Counted from the stretch's first letter, positions 48,943-59,183 are shown. The stretch: 64,000 nucleotides of DNA from Candidatus Pacebacteria bacterium CG2_30_36_39 (GCA_001873435.1 MNZB01000001.1:15573-79572); one strand, 5' to 3'. The notes: generated from the letters alone by a model not told the origin. Numbers and translations are program-made.

Positions 48943-48981
48943 TTTTTCAACTCTTCAAGTTGTAAAATCACTTTTAATAAT

Positions 48982-49054
48982 GCCAGAATAGCTCAGTTGG
49001 TAGAGCAACGGTATCGTAAACCGTAGGTCAAGGGTCCGACTCCCTTTTCTGGCT
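48982..49054 (+). tRNA. tRNA-Thr(CGT), T-loop with C55
   Basis: Cloverleaf GCCAGAA...TTCTGGC-T; anticodon loop AT-CGT-AA; T arm AAGGG-TCCGACT-CCCTT. Confidence 0.93.
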
Positions 49055-49070
49055 CAATAAAAACATATCT

Positions 49071-49475
49071 ATGGAAACACTAAAAAAATTATTACAATTT
49101 AAACCAGTTGATGTTGGAGCTGATTCTTTGGCAATTGAAGAGGCTTTGGAAAAAAGAAAAGAAGCTGTCAAACAAACAATAATTACTGCTGTAGAAAATA
49201 GAGATAAAGAAGGTTTGGTCGAGGCTCTTCAAGAAGTAAATGAATTATTTACTAGACCAGGTAGAGCAACTGGAGAATTATTGCTTCACCTGATACATTT
49301 TGTTGAGGAGTTTCTTGAGGAACTAGAAAGAAAAGACGGGCGAGGCTCACAGATTTTTTATATTAATGATGGCGGCATTTCTCGTCTTCAAATTGATACC
49401 CTAACAGGTTCTGTGAGATTAGAATTAACAGCTAGCTCTGATGATAAACTAAAAGCAGAGTGGAATAAATATTAA
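49071..49475 (+). CDS. Hypothetical protein
   Basis: Open ORF 16 nt downstream of tRNA-Thr. Confidence 0.6.
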   Translation: METLKKLLQFKPVDVGADSLAIEEALEKRKEAVKQTIITAVENRDKEGLVEALQEVNELFTRPGRATGELLLHLIHFVEEFLEELERKDGRGSQIFYINDGGISRLQIDTLTGSVRLELTASSDDKLKAEWNKY

Positions 49476-49491
49476 GGGTATAATTAGTTTT

Positions 49492-50205
49492 ATGCAAAGA
49501 ACTCCATCATCTAGATTAGCTCGCAATCAAGGCAAGAAAATTGCTCGACAATCAATAACGATGATTATTTTTTCAATTGGTGTCGTTATCTTATTTTTCT
49601 TTGTTTTAATGCCCAGGCTTATTGATTTATTTTTTAATTTTTTAGGCACAGGAGACTTGAGTTTTAATAATGATGACGAAATAGCTCCACAAATTCCTGT
49701 TGTCTTACAACTTCCAGAAGCAACAAAAGAAAGTAAATTAAAAGTCGAAGGCTATGCTGAGGCAGAGAGCCAAGTTATTTTTGTGCAGAATGGCGAAAAG
49801 AAAGATGAAGTCAAAGTAGATGACAAAGGATCGTTTTCCTACGAATTAACATTATCTGAGGGTGAAAATTTAATTGGTTTATATAGTAGAGACGAAGCCA
49901 AAAATGAATCTGTTGTTAAAGAGTTTAAAATTAATCTTGATACAGAAGCTCCTGGATTGGAATTAGAAAATTTAACTGATAATCAACAAATCATTCTTAA
50001 AGCCAATCAAAATTATGAAATAAAGGGCAAAACAGAGCCTCATGCAAAACTCTCGATTAATGATCGATCTGTCTACGTGGATTCTGAAGGAAATTTTCGC
50101 ACCAACTATTATTTATCTGAGGGTGATAATCAATTAAAATTTATAGTTGAAGACCAAGCTGGAAATAAGATTGAACGAGAAGTTAGAGTTAATTTCCGCT
50201 ACTAA
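49492..50205 (+). CDS. Membrane-anchored protein with two Ig-like domains
   Basis: Single TM; repeated G.F...L.EG.N......D.A.N pattern. Confidence 0.8.
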   Translation: MQRTPSSRLARNQGKKIARQSITMIIFSIGVVILFFFVLMPRLIDLFFNFLGTGDLSFNNDDEIAPQIPVVLQLPEATKESKLKVEGYAEAESQVIFVQNGEKKDEVKVDDKGSFSYELTLSEGENLIGLYSRDEAKNESVVKEFKINLDTEAPGLELENLTDNQQIILKANQNYEIKGKTEPHAKLSINDRSVYVDSEGNFRTNYYLSEGDNQLKFIVEDQAGNKIEREVRVNFRY

Positions 50206-51313
50206 CCTTTTTATTTATATTTTTTGTTCCCCACAACATTAGAAATACAAATGGTTGTAATAATGTGTTGTTAAATAAGCTATGGATAAATGTGGCTAAG
50301 AGTAAAATTGTCCACAATTGATTTTCTTGCCATAAAAGTGGTAGCCATTTTTTTAGTAAGAAAATAAAAACTACAACACCAATAATTCCAACTGCATTAA
50401 TGAGCATAATAGGAAAGCTATCTGGTAATTGAGCATGATTATTAGTGTAACTTTCTTTTTCTGCATCACTATTAAATAATCCTCTACCCCAAAGCCATTG
50501 AGTGCCATTTAACGAGATTAGAGCCTCTTTTGAGTTCACTCCTCTAGCCTCAATCGTACTAGTTCTATTTAAATTCACTCCTTCACCACCTGGCTTTGGC
50601 AAGATCAATAAAGTCAAAATTGCTATTCCACCCAAAAGAATCCATTTCCAATTTTTGTCTTTTAACCATTTCCAAGTCAAAATGATAGCCAAAGCTAAAT
50701 AACTAGCTCTAGAAAAAGTCGCTACGATCGCAATTATTAGAATAATTTGAATAATGAAGATTTGCCACCAACCAAAGGCAATAGCTAAAATCATGCCAGT
50801 AAAAGCTGGGTCTAGGGTGGTGCTAATTAAGCGATAGTAGTGATTGTCCCAACCAAAGATATTTAAAAAACGAGTATCTGGCATTAAAAAATATTGTAAT
50901 AAACCCCAAATTGCTATTGCCAAGCCAACTAGCATAAAACCAATTTTTTTATCATATTTAAATTTGGTTTTATTTAAGCTCCAAACAAAGAAACTATAAC
51001 TAATTATTCTAAAGAGATATAAAAAGCTTTTTGGTCCAACTCTATTTTCAAACAAACCAATAAGCATTCCAAATAAAACAACGACAATCATTAACAATTC
51101 TAGTTTATAAGATTGCCAGTTTTTTATTTTAATTTTTAGATGATTATTTATTAACCACCAAATAATAAATAATAAAATTAAAAGATCATGTCCATAAAAT
51201 GCAATGTTGTTACTAAGTTGAATGCGTTGTAACTGACCAAAAGAGATGGTTATTAGAAAAAAAGTTAACAAACTAGTTGGTAAGTCAGCAAATATTTGCC
51301 TAACGATTTTCAT
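50189..51313 (-). CDS. O-antigen ligase / Wzy-like polymerase family membrane protein
   Basis: RLISTTLDP, TFSRASYL, WGRG, IHSLFNN; many TM segments. Confidence 0.8.
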   Translation of the reverse strand: MKIVRQIFADLPTSLLTFFLITISFGQLQRIQLSNNIAFYGHDLLILLFIIWWLINNHLKIKIKNWQSYKLELLMIVVVLFGMLIGLFENRVGPKSFLYLFRIISYSFFVWSLNKTKFKYDKKIGFMLVGLAIAIWGLLQYFLMPDTRFLNIFGWDNHYYRLISTTLDPAFTGMILAIAFGWWQIFIIQIILIIAIVATFSRASYLALAIILTWKWLKDKNWKWILLGGIAILTLLILPKPGGEGVNLNRTSTIEARGVNSKEALISLNGTQWLWGRGLFNSDAEKESYTNNHAQLPDSFPIMLINAVGIIGVVVFIFLLKKWLPLLWQENQLWTILLLATFIHSLFNNTLLQPFVFLMLWGTKNINKKVSSGN

Positions 51314-52058
51314 AAGAAAAAACTCTTACCATTATTGAGTGAAGACTCATTATTGTGGCATAAATTAAACCACGCCATCCGTCTAAAAAACCTAATTTAA
51401 ATAAATAGTTATATAAAAACTTTGCTTTTGGATAGGCTATGGTTTTTATTCCTAGTGATCTTGGATTTAATTTATCATCATTTTGGTATTCAGCTTCAAG
51501 GTTGGCATATCGAACGATATCTCTGATAAATTCAGTTATGTTTTGGTGCGAATGATGGAGTATTTGGATCATTGTTTGCTCAGTTTCTCCATTAACTCTT
51601 GCTGATTCATGAACTGGTCTTAGATATTTAGCTTTGTTTCTGCGAATTAATCTTAAGAATTTAACACCGCCAGTTTCTCCGAAACGCAAAATTTTGTTGT
51701 AAAAAATGTCATTGCGTTGGATAAAATAACCATCAATTTCTTCACTAGAAATTGATTCAGCAATTTCATCCCAACTTTCAGACAAAATTTCTTCATCACT
51801 ATCTAGAAAAAACACCCAATTTTGTTTTGCCTCTTTTAAAGCAAGATTTCTTTCCTGGGCAAAGTTATTAATTGGTCCTTTGCGATTTATAACTTTAAAG
51901 TGAAATTCTTTTTTTAGTTTTTGCCAATCATTCTGACTATCAAAATCAAGAATTAATATTTCAGTAGCTGGCTGGGCAGATTTTAATGATTTAATAAATC
52001 GACTATCATTGCGGTGAGTTAAGATGATGACGCTTAAGGTTAAATTTTGAGATTTCAT
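51300..52058 (-). CDS. Glycosyltransferase family 2
   Basis: FAQERN.AL, WVFFLDSDE, VHE, GFLDGWRG. Confidence 0.9.
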   Translation of the reverse strand: MKSQNLTLSVIILTHRNDSRFIKSLKSAQPATEILILDFDSQNDWQKLKKEFHFKVINRKGPINNFAQERNLALKEAKQNWVFFLDSDEEILSESWDEIAESISSEEIDGYFIQRNDIFYNKILRFGETGGVKFLRLIRRNKAKYLRPVHESARVNGETEQTMIQILHHSHQNITEFIRDIVRYANLEAEYQNDDKLNPRSLGIKTIAYPKAKFLYNYLFKLGFLDGWRGLIYATIMSLHSIMVRVFSYENR

Positions 52059-53272
52059 TTTTCTTTACGCAGTATACCAACAAGGATCAAAGGTAGTCCA
52101 ATAAATCTGGCTACTAAAATTCCATAAACTCCACCCAATAATTGATAACTATTTCCCCACCAAATAATTAAGATGAACATAATAGATAAGGTTGTCATTA
52201 GATGAAAATTTAAGATTTTATATTGTTTTCTAGCTAAAAATAAAGCGTAGCTAAGGTTGCTCACGCTTTGTAAAATTCCAGCAAAAACTAAAGGTCTAAC
52301 TAATGGAATCACCTCTAGCCATTGATTACCTAAAACAAAGGTAACGAAGAATTTTGGAAATAAAATTAATGGTAAAGAAGCGAAGCTAATAAATGCTACT
52401 AATGCAAATAAAGATCTTAAAAAAGCTCTGTGCAAACGCATTGGTGAATCAGCAAGTTGAGCAAAAGCAGGGAGAGTACTGTGGTGAGCTGATTTTGAAA
52501 AATCATAATTAGCTTTATGGCTCATGGCATAAGCATTATGGTAAATACCCAAAGCATGTGTTCCGAAGATTTTGCCCAAAACAAAGTCATCAGCGTTCTC
52601 ATTAAGATAATTTAAGACTGTAGAGATGCTTAGCCATTTGGCATTGTTTAAAATTGTTTTACCCTTGGATGGTATATAGGCAAATTTTGGCTTTAGTTGA
52701 AAAAATATAAAAGAAATTATTACTTCATAAATAGCACTAATTACTAAAGCCCAAACTAATGACCAAACTGAATGAGTAAGCATGCCCAAAATAACTGCTG
52801 CTAAACTTTCTACCAATACTAAAGAAAATCGATAGACACTATCTTGAAAAAACTGCATTTCTTTGTGTAGTGTCACAATGTATGGATTAATAAAACCTTT
52901 AATCACTGGTACTAAGGCAGCGACTGTGATGAGGCCAAGTAGTTTTGGTTCATGGTAGTAGCCTTGCATAAATAAGCCCATTAAAAGCATGATGCTACCA
53001 ATTGCAAAGCCACGAATAATGGCAATTACCCAAGCAGTATCAAGGAAATACTTAACTGATTGTTTTGATTGGAGGATGGTTACGTTAATTCCAGTTTGAG
53101 TTAAGCTTTCAGTTATTCCTAGGGTAATAGCAGTCAAAGAAAAGAGACCAAAGGCTTCTGGATTAAGCAAGCGAGCCAAGATGTACATCTTTATCATGGC
53201 AACGCCAACCAGCAAACCTTTGTATAGAGTTTGCCAACTAAAGCCAGCCAAAGTTTTTTGGGTGTAATTCAC
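52055..53272 (-). CDS. Wzx-type oligosaccharide flippase
   Basis: ILARLLNPEAFGL, DDFVLGK.FG..ALG.Y; many TM segments. Confidence 0.88.
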   Translation of the reverse strand: MNYTQKTLAGFSWQTLYKGLLVGVAMIKMYILARLLNPEAFGLFSLTAITLGITESLTQTGINVTILQSKQSVKYFLDTAWVIAIIRGFAIGSIMLLMGLFMQGYYHEPKLLGLITVAALVPVIKGFINPYIVTLHKEMQFFQDSVYRFSLVLVESLAAVILGMLTHSVWSLVWALVISAIYEVIISFIFFQLKPKFAYIPSKGKTILNNAKWLSISTVLNYLNENADDFVLGKIFGTHALGIYHNAYAMSHKANYDFSKSAHHSTLPAFAQLADSPMRLHRAFLRSLFALVAFISFASLPLILFPKFFVTFVLGNQWLEVIPLVRPLVFAGILQSVSNLSYALFLARKQYKILNFHLMTTLSIMFILIIWWGNSYQLLGGVYGILVARFIGLPLILVGILRKEK

Positions 53273-53304
53273 AATTTTATTATAGAGGAAGTTTTAGCTC
53301 TTGG

Positions 53305-54285
53305 TTATATTGTATTTTTTTTACAATTATTACTAATATCTTTTGTAATGGATTGTAAAATTGCTTTTTGTATAGTTTGGTGTCCTATTTCGTTTGGATG
53401 ATTATCTGAAAAAATTTGTTTTAAATCAAAAATGTTGGGAACATTTTGTCTAAAATCCATATTTGGAAAAGTTTCTTGTCTTTTTTCTAAAGCATCAGAA
53501 TGTTCTTTGTTTAATTGTTTTTCAAAACCAAAAAACACAACCTTTTTAATATCAATTAATTCAAAAAAATTTTTCAAATGTTCATTAATTTTTTTTGAAT
53601 ATTCAGCAAAACCAATTTCATCAATTAATTGTTTTTCTACTTGAAGCCAACATTCTCTGTATTTATCATAAAAATTCAATTCATTATTATTTTCTTTTTC
53701 CAGGCAAGCTAGAATAATTGGTTCTGTTAATTCTTTATTTCTAGTAAATCCGGTACCACTTTCCAACCAAATAACTAGATCTGGGTTATATTTTTGTCCT
53801 GAAATTCTATATCTTTCTACAATATACGGAATTCCATAACCAAAAACTCCCAAATTAATTACTTCAAATTTTTTGTTTTCACAAAAAGCTAGCTGATTGT
53901 TATTTAGCTCATTTTCTAATAATTCGGTCCAGTTATTTTTAGTATCTACATTTTGTCCAAAAGTAAACGAATCCCCTAGGGTAATTATTCTAAATACATT
54001 AGGTTGTTTTTCCAAAGAGTAATCATTTGTTTCATGTAAGCCGTCTGAATTGTAGTTATATGTTATTTCTTTATTAAGCCAAATATTTTTTTCAACCAAA
54101 TTATTTTTTAAGCTATAGAAATATTTGAATTTTGATTTAGTTAATTCTCCATTAATAATAAATTCGCTATTTATTTTTGTAGTAATTGGTTTTTTGTTGA
54201 ATAAAATAAAATATTTATTAACAAATATCCATCCCACTGCCAACTCAAGTATTAATATTATTGCTAATATTAATTTGTATTTCAT
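53305..54285 (-). CDS. SGNH/GDSL hydrolase family protein with N-terminal anchor
   Basis: LGDSFTFG, NLGV.GY, DNHPN..GH. Confidence 0.85.
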   Translation of the reverse strand: MKYKLILAIILILELAVGWIFVNKYFILFNKKPITTKINSEFIINGELTKSKFKYFYSLKNNLVEKNIWLNKEITYNYNSDGLHETNDYSLEKQPNVFRIITLGDSFTFGQNVDTKNNWTELLENELNNNQLAFCENKKFEVINLGVFGYGIPYIVERYRISGQKYNPDLVIWLESGTGFTRNKELTEPIILACLEKENNNELNFYDKYRECWLQVEKQLIDEIGFAEYSKKINEHLKNFFELIDIKKVVFFGFEKQLNKEHSDALEKRQETFPNMDFRQNVPNIFDLKQIFSDNHPNEIGHQTIQKAILQSITKDISNNCKKNTI

Positions 54286-54340
54286 AAACAATGTTTTCCC
54301 CTACTCGTCACTTTGCAAAAGTGGCATAATGTTTTCTATT

Positions 54341-54925
54341 ATGGCAACTATCTCGCAAAAAGTTGGTTCTTTTTTTACAGACTTGATGGAAACAGTAGTT
54401 ATTTCTGCTTCAATCTTTTTAATTGTATATTTATTTTTCTTACAACCTCATCAGGTAAATGGACAATCAATGGTACCAAACTTTCAAAATGGTGAATATG
54501 TCTTGACGGATAAAATTAGTTATAAAATTGGCAATCCAAAACGAGGAGATATTGTTGTTTTTCATGCCCCAGAAGCTGCTCACTGTGCCCAAGGAACTGG
54601 TTGTGATTTTATTAAACGTATCTTAGCTGTCCCAGGAGATACTTTAGAGGTAAAAAACAATGCTATTTATGTAAATGGCAAACAGTTACCAGAACCATAT
54701 ATTCCAGCAGACTTCAAAGTTTTACCAGGAAACTACACCAAAAATGGCCCAGTCGTCATGGGTCCAAACAATTACTTTGCTTCTGGAGACAATAGGCCAT
54801 ATTCAAGCGACTCAAGAACTTGGGGTCCTATTACTAAGCAAGACATTGTTGGCAAGGTATTTTTTCGTTATTGGCCACCAGCAGTTATGGGTCCAATTCA
54901 TTCTGCTACATATTCTAATTTTTAA
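54341..54925 (+). CDS. lepB: Signal peptidase I
   Basis: GQSMVP (Ser), FIKRI (Lys), GDNRPYSSDSR. Confidence 0.95.
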   Translation: MATISQKVGSFFTDLMETVVISASIFLIVYLFFLQPHQVNGQSMVPNFQNGEYVLTDKISYKIGNPKRGDIVVFHAPEAAHCAQGTGCDFIKRILAVPGDTLEVKNNAIYVNGKQLPEPYIPADFKVLPGNYTKNGPVVMGPNNYFASGDNRPYSSDSRTWGPITKQDIVGKVFFRYWPPAVMGPIHSATYSNF

Positions 54926-54985
54926 TAATGATAAAACTTTTAATAATATTTCTAATCATTAAAGTATTTCCCAAGATTACTGCCT

Positions 54986-55726
54986 TTATAAAATCTTTCT
55001 GGCGTAAGACAAAGTCTTAACTCCAGTTATTTTATGGGCATTTTCAACTGAAAAATCTGCTATTTTTGTACGCCTCAACTCAGTAATTACTGCTCCCACA
55101 CCTAGTTGTTTACCTAAATCATGAATTAATGAGCGAATATAAGTTCCAGATCCAACGGTTGCTTCAATAGTTATGTAAATTACCTTATTTTTAAGGTCTT
55201 TTTGTAATTTTGTAAGAATCAGTGATTCAACAGTAACTTTTTTTTGGGGCAAACTATCTAGATCCAAGGTTTTTTTCAAAGCCTTACGATAAAGCTTTTG
55301 ACCATTCATCTTAATAGCAGAAAACGCCGGCACAGTTTGAAAGAAATCTCCTCTATAAGATTTTAGAGCCAACTCAACTATGCTAGAAGTTATGTTCTTT
55401 AATTTTTCCCAATCAGCCTTATTAATAATTGTTCCAGTACTATCATAAGTATCTGTTTCGATCCCAAGTTGGGCGGTGCAAACATAAGTTTTCTTTTTTT
55501 TAAGAAAAACATCTTGCAGCTTAGTGTAATTTCTACCAACTAAAATAATTAATAAGCCTGATGCTAAGGGATCTAAAGTGCCAGAATGTCCAACCTTTCT
55601 AATTCCTGTGACATTACGTATATAATTCACAGCATTATGACTGCTAATGCCAGTGGGTTTATCAATTAAAAAGATACCTTCTGTGCCAGTAGCTGGTGGT
55701 TTGATTTGAGGAATAGCTTCAGACGT
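54986..55726 (-). CDS. truB: tRNA pseudouridine(55) synthase; probable non-canonical ACG start
   Basis: KVGHSGTLDPLASG, GSGTYIRSL, LRRT; the conserved GIFLIDKPTGISSH lies upstream of the first GTG. Confidence 0.85.
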   Translation of the reverse strand, partial: TSEAIPQIKPPATGTEGIFLIDKPTGISSHNAVNYIRNVTGIRKVGHSGTLDPLASGLLIILVGRNYTKLQDVFLKKKKTYVCTAQLGIETDTYDSTGTIINKADWEKLKNITSSIVELALKSYRGDFFQTVPAFSAIKMNGQKLYRKALKKTLDLDSLPQKKVTVESLILTKLQKDLKNKVIYITIEATVGSGTYIRSLIHDLGKQLGVGAVITELRRTKIADFSVENAHKITGVKTLSYARKIL

Positions 55727-55778
55727 GAGAGAATTATCTCTGGGTAACGATCATAAAGCAAATCCTTTATATACTCAT

Positions 55779-56735
55779 ATGACAGAATTACAGCGACAAA
55801 TCAAAACAAAGTTCTCAGAATTTCCTCTTGAATTTGACGTACCCATGTCACAAAAAACCTATTTTAAACTAGGAGGACCAGCGGAAGTCTATGTAGAACT
55901 TGCCCAAAAAGAACAAATTGCTTCATTGATAAATTGGTGTCAAGAAAATCATTATCAATATCATTTTTTGGGTGGAGGCAGCAACATCATAGTAGCTGAT
56001 CAGGGAATAGCTGGAATTGTAATTAAAATTATTAATCAATCAATTGAACTAGAAAAAAAATCAAATTACGCCCTAATTAGAGTTGGTGCTGGAATGAAAA
56101 CTGCCCTGTGCGTAAGAAAAACTATTGATGAAGGCTATGGCGGTTTGGAATATTTTTTAGGTGTACCAGGAACTATTGGTGGTGCTATATATAACAATGC
56201 CCACTATTTGGAAGATTTAATTGGAGCTCATGTTAATAGAGTTGAGGTTTTAACTGAAAAAGGAGACTTTACATGGCTTGACAAAGAAACATGTGAATTT
56301 GCTTATGACAGCTCTCGTTTTCAGCGTACCAAAGAAATTATCTATCAGGTGGAATTTTTATTAGAACAAGGCGATAAAAATGAATCAATGGCCATGGTTA
56401 AAAAAGCCACTGAATATCGAGCTCAAACTCAACCACTCGGCTTGCCAAGCTCTGGCTGTATTTTTCAAAATGTTCCCAATAGCCAAACATTAAAAGAACT
56501 CTTCCCTCAATTTAAGGAACGCACTCATGTACCTGGGGGATTTTTAATTGATCAAGCTGGTCTCAAGGGAGCTCACGAAGGAGATATTGAAGTTAGTGAA
56601 AAGCACGCTGCCTTCTTTGTTAATAAAGGCAATGGCACTGCTGACCAAGTGCAAAAATTAATTACTAGAGTCAAGCAAAAAGTAGCTGAAAAATTTAATG
56701 TCTCTTTACAAGAAGAAGTATTTTGGTTGAAATAG
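55779..56735 (+). CDS. murB: UDP-N-acetylmuramate dehydrogenase
   Basis: GGPA, LGGGSN, GVPGTIGGA, SGCIFQN, SEKHA. Confidence 0.95.
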   Translation: MTELQRQIKTKFSEFPLEFDVPMSQKTYFKLGGPAEVYVELAQKEQIASLINWCQENHYQYHFLGGGSNIIVADQGIAGIVIKIINQSIELEKKSNYALIRVGAGMKTALCVRKTIDEGYGGLEYFLGVPGTIGGAIYNNAHYLEDLIGAHVNRVEVLTEKGDFTWLDKETCEFAYDSSRFQRTKEIIYQVEFLLEQGDKNESMAMVKKATEYRAQTQPLGLPSSGCIFQNVPNSQTLKELFPQFKERTHVPGGFLIDQAGLKGAHEGDIEVSEKHAAFFVNKGNGTADQVQKLITRVKQKVAEKFNVSLQEEVFWLK

Positions 56736-56744
56736 AAAGCAGTT

Positions 56745-58082
56745 ATGACAACAGGTAAAACCTCATTTGTAATTACTGGTGGTACTCCATTGAGAGGCAG
56801 TGTTCGAGTTAGTGGCGCAAAAAATGCTTCATACAAATTAATGGTTGCTGCTTTACTTGGAGATGAGAAATCTAGAATTCTTAATTTACCAGCTATTTCC
56901 GATGTAGCAATGGTGGCAGAAGTTATTAATTCCTTGGGAGCTGAAGCTAAATTTTCTGGTGAAGGTAGTTATTTTATTGATCCTAAGGGTTTGAATAGTT
57001 TTGCTGTAGGAAATCAATATGGCGCTATTTCTCGTGCTTCAACTATTTTTATTGCTCCTCTACTTGCTAAATTTGGTGAGGCTCAGGTTCCATTGCCAGG
57101 TGGAGATAAAATAGGAAAAAGACCTTTGGAAAGACATTTCGAGGGTTTGGAAAAAATGGGGGCTAGTTTTTCTCAAGAAAATGGCATGTTAATTGTTACG
57201 GCTGAAAAACTAATTGGAACTAGATATCGTTTTGCTAAAAATACCCACACTGGCACTGAAACTTTAATTTTAGCTGCAGTCAAAGCAGAGGGCACTACCT
57301 ATCTAGAAAATGCAGCTTTAGAACCAGAAATAGATGATCTAATTTTATTTTTGAATAACATGGGAGCTAAGATTCGTCGTACAGCTCATCGTACTATTGA
57401 AATTCAAGGAGTAGAACATCTAACTGGAGCAATTCATCGAGTAATGCCCGATCGCAATGAAGCAGTTAGTTATGCTTGTGCAGCTATTGCATCCAAAGGT
57501 GACATTATTGTTGAAAATGCTCGTGAAGCTGATTTAATTGCTTTTTTACAAAAACTTGATGAAATTGGCGGTGGTTATGAAATTGGTGACTATGGCATTC
57601 GCTTTTTTTATAAAGGACCTCTTAAAGCTACAGACTTGTTAACAGAAATACATCCTGGTTTTATGACAGATTGGCAACCTCTTTGGGCTGTTTTGGCTTG
57701 CCATGCAAAAGGAACCAGTATTATTCATGAAACTGTCATGCAGAACCGCTTCCAATATGTGGATATTTTACGTCAAATGGGCGCCAATATTGAGGAATAT
57801 TCTCCATTAGTTAATACCGATGCCGAAGAGTTTTATAATTTTAATTGGCAAGACAGAAAAGAAACTGATATTAGAGCAATTAAAATTACTGGTCCTACCA
57901 ATTTTAATGGTGGTGAGTTTACAGTTCATGATTTAAGAGCTGGAGCAACCGTCATGCTTGCTGCAATTAGTGGAACTGGTCAAACTATTTTGCATAATGT
58001 TGAACAAATAGAACGAGGATATTCTGAGATTGATAAAAAACTGGTTTCAATGGGCGCAGAAATCAAACGAGTCATAGAGTAA
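56745..58082 (+). CDS. murA: UDP-N-acetylglucosamine 1-carboxyvinyltransferase (Cys-to-Asp active-site variant)
   Basis: SGAKNA, LPGGDKIGKRP, NAALEPE, HPGFMTDWQ, DLRAGA. Confidence 0.95.
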   Translation: MTTGKTSFVITGGTPLRGSVRVSGAKNASYKLMVAALLGDEKSRILNLPAISDVAMVAEVINSLGAEAKFSGEGSYFIDPKGLNSFAVGNQYGAISRASTIFIAPLLAKFGEAQVPLPGGDKIGKRPLERHFEGLEKMGASFSQENGMLIVTAEKLIGTRYRFAKNTHTGTETLILAAVKAEGTTYLENAALEPEIDDLILFLNNMGAKIRRTAHRTIEIQGVEHLTGAIHRVMPDRNEAVSYACAAIASKGDIIVENAREADLIAFLQKLDEIGGGYEIGDYGIRFFYKGPLKATDLLTEIHPGFMTDWQPLWAVLACHAKGTSIIHETVMQNRFQYVDILRQMGANIEEYSPLVNTDAEEFYNFNWQDRKETDIRAIKITGPTNFNGGEFTVHDLRAGATVMLAAISGTGQTILHNVEQIERGYSEIDKKLVSMGAEIKRVIE

Positions 58083-58107
58083 AAAATAGGCTACAATTTT
58101 AATCACT

Positions 58108-59151
58108 ATGGGTTCACTAGCACTTTTTTTAGGTTTATTAATTTTTTCTTTTATCAGTACAAGCATTGTGATTGTGCCGTTCATTGATTTGCTCTACAAC
58201 CTAAAATTCCAACGCGCCCAACAAGTAACTAGAGATGTTTTTGGAAAATTAACTCCTATTTTTGATAAGTTTCATGGTAAAAAAGCTGGTGTACCAGTTG
58301 GTGGTGGCCTATTAGTTATATTGGTAGTTTCATTGCTATTTGCCATGTTTTTGCCCATTATGGGTTTTTTAGGGATTAGTGTTACGAGTGTTTATGCTAC
58401 TCCAGTTACTGAAGTAAATATTTTATTTTTTACTTTTTTATCTTATGGAATTTTGGGTCTTTATGATGATATTAAAAAGTTTTTTGGCTTTGGTAAAGAA
58501 AAGTTTTTTGGCTTAAAGGCTCCATTTAAACTTTTTTTGCAAGTTGTTTTGGCAGTAATTATTGCTTGCATGCTTTATTTCCAATTAGGAATATCTATCT
58601 TACACATTCCATTTATAGGTACTTTTGATCTGGGAGTTTTTTATCTTCCATTCGCAGTATTTGTAATTGTATCTTTTGCCAATGCAGTCAATATTACTGA
58701 CGGTTTGGACGGCTTAGCCTCTGGTGTTTTAATGATTTCACTTTTTGGTTTATGGTTTTTATCAGCTTCTATTTTGGATGTACCTCTTTCTTTATTTTTA
58801 TCTCTTTGGATTGGCTCATTAGTTTCATTTCTTTACTTTAATGTTTTTCCTGCTCGTATGTTTATGGGAGATGTTGGAGCTCTAGCTTTTGGCGCAACTC
58901 TTGGAGTTGTTGGTTTATTACTTGGTAAAGTAGTGGCTCTTGGTATTATTGGCTTTGTTTTTGTATTTGAAGTTGCCACTTCATTAATGCAAATAGTTTC
59001 TAGAAAAGTTTGGAAAAGAAAACTTTTTCCAGCAGCTCCTTTTCATCTCACTCTTCAAGCCCATGGTTGGGAAGAGCCAAAGATTGTCCAACGTGTTTGG
59101 CTAATGCAAATCATGCTCACCTTATTTGGAGTGTGGCTTGCAGTGATTTAG
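58108..59151 (+). CDS. mraY: Phospho-N-acetylmuramoyl-pentapeptide transferase
   Basis: GLYDD, NAVNITDGLDGLA, FMGDVG, APFH. Confidence 0.93.
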   Translation: MGSLALFLGLLIFSFISTSIVIVPFIDLLYNLKFQRAQQVTRDVFGKLTPIFDKFHGKKAGVPVGGGLLVILVVSLLFAMFLPIMGFLGISVTSVYATPVTEVNILFFTFLSYGILGLYDDIKKFFGFGKEKFFGLKAPFKLFLQVVLAVIIACMLYFQLGISILHIPFIGTFDLGVFYLPFAVFVIVSFANAVNITDGLDGLASGVLMISLFGLWFLSASILDVPLSLFLSLWIGSLVSFLYFNVFPARMFMGDVGALAFGATLGVVGLLLGKVVALGIIGFVFVFEVATSLMQIVSRKVWKRKLFPAAPFHLTLQAHGWEEPKIVQRVWLMQIMLTLFGVWLAVI

Positions 59152-59183
59152 TTTTTTCTTTGAACTGGTTATACTGAGAACTT

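Noticed and set aside
47345-49475. Prophage or integrative element between tRNA-Gly(CCC) and tRNA-Thr
   Set aside because: No integrase, att duplication or phage genes seen; only small accessory ORFs.
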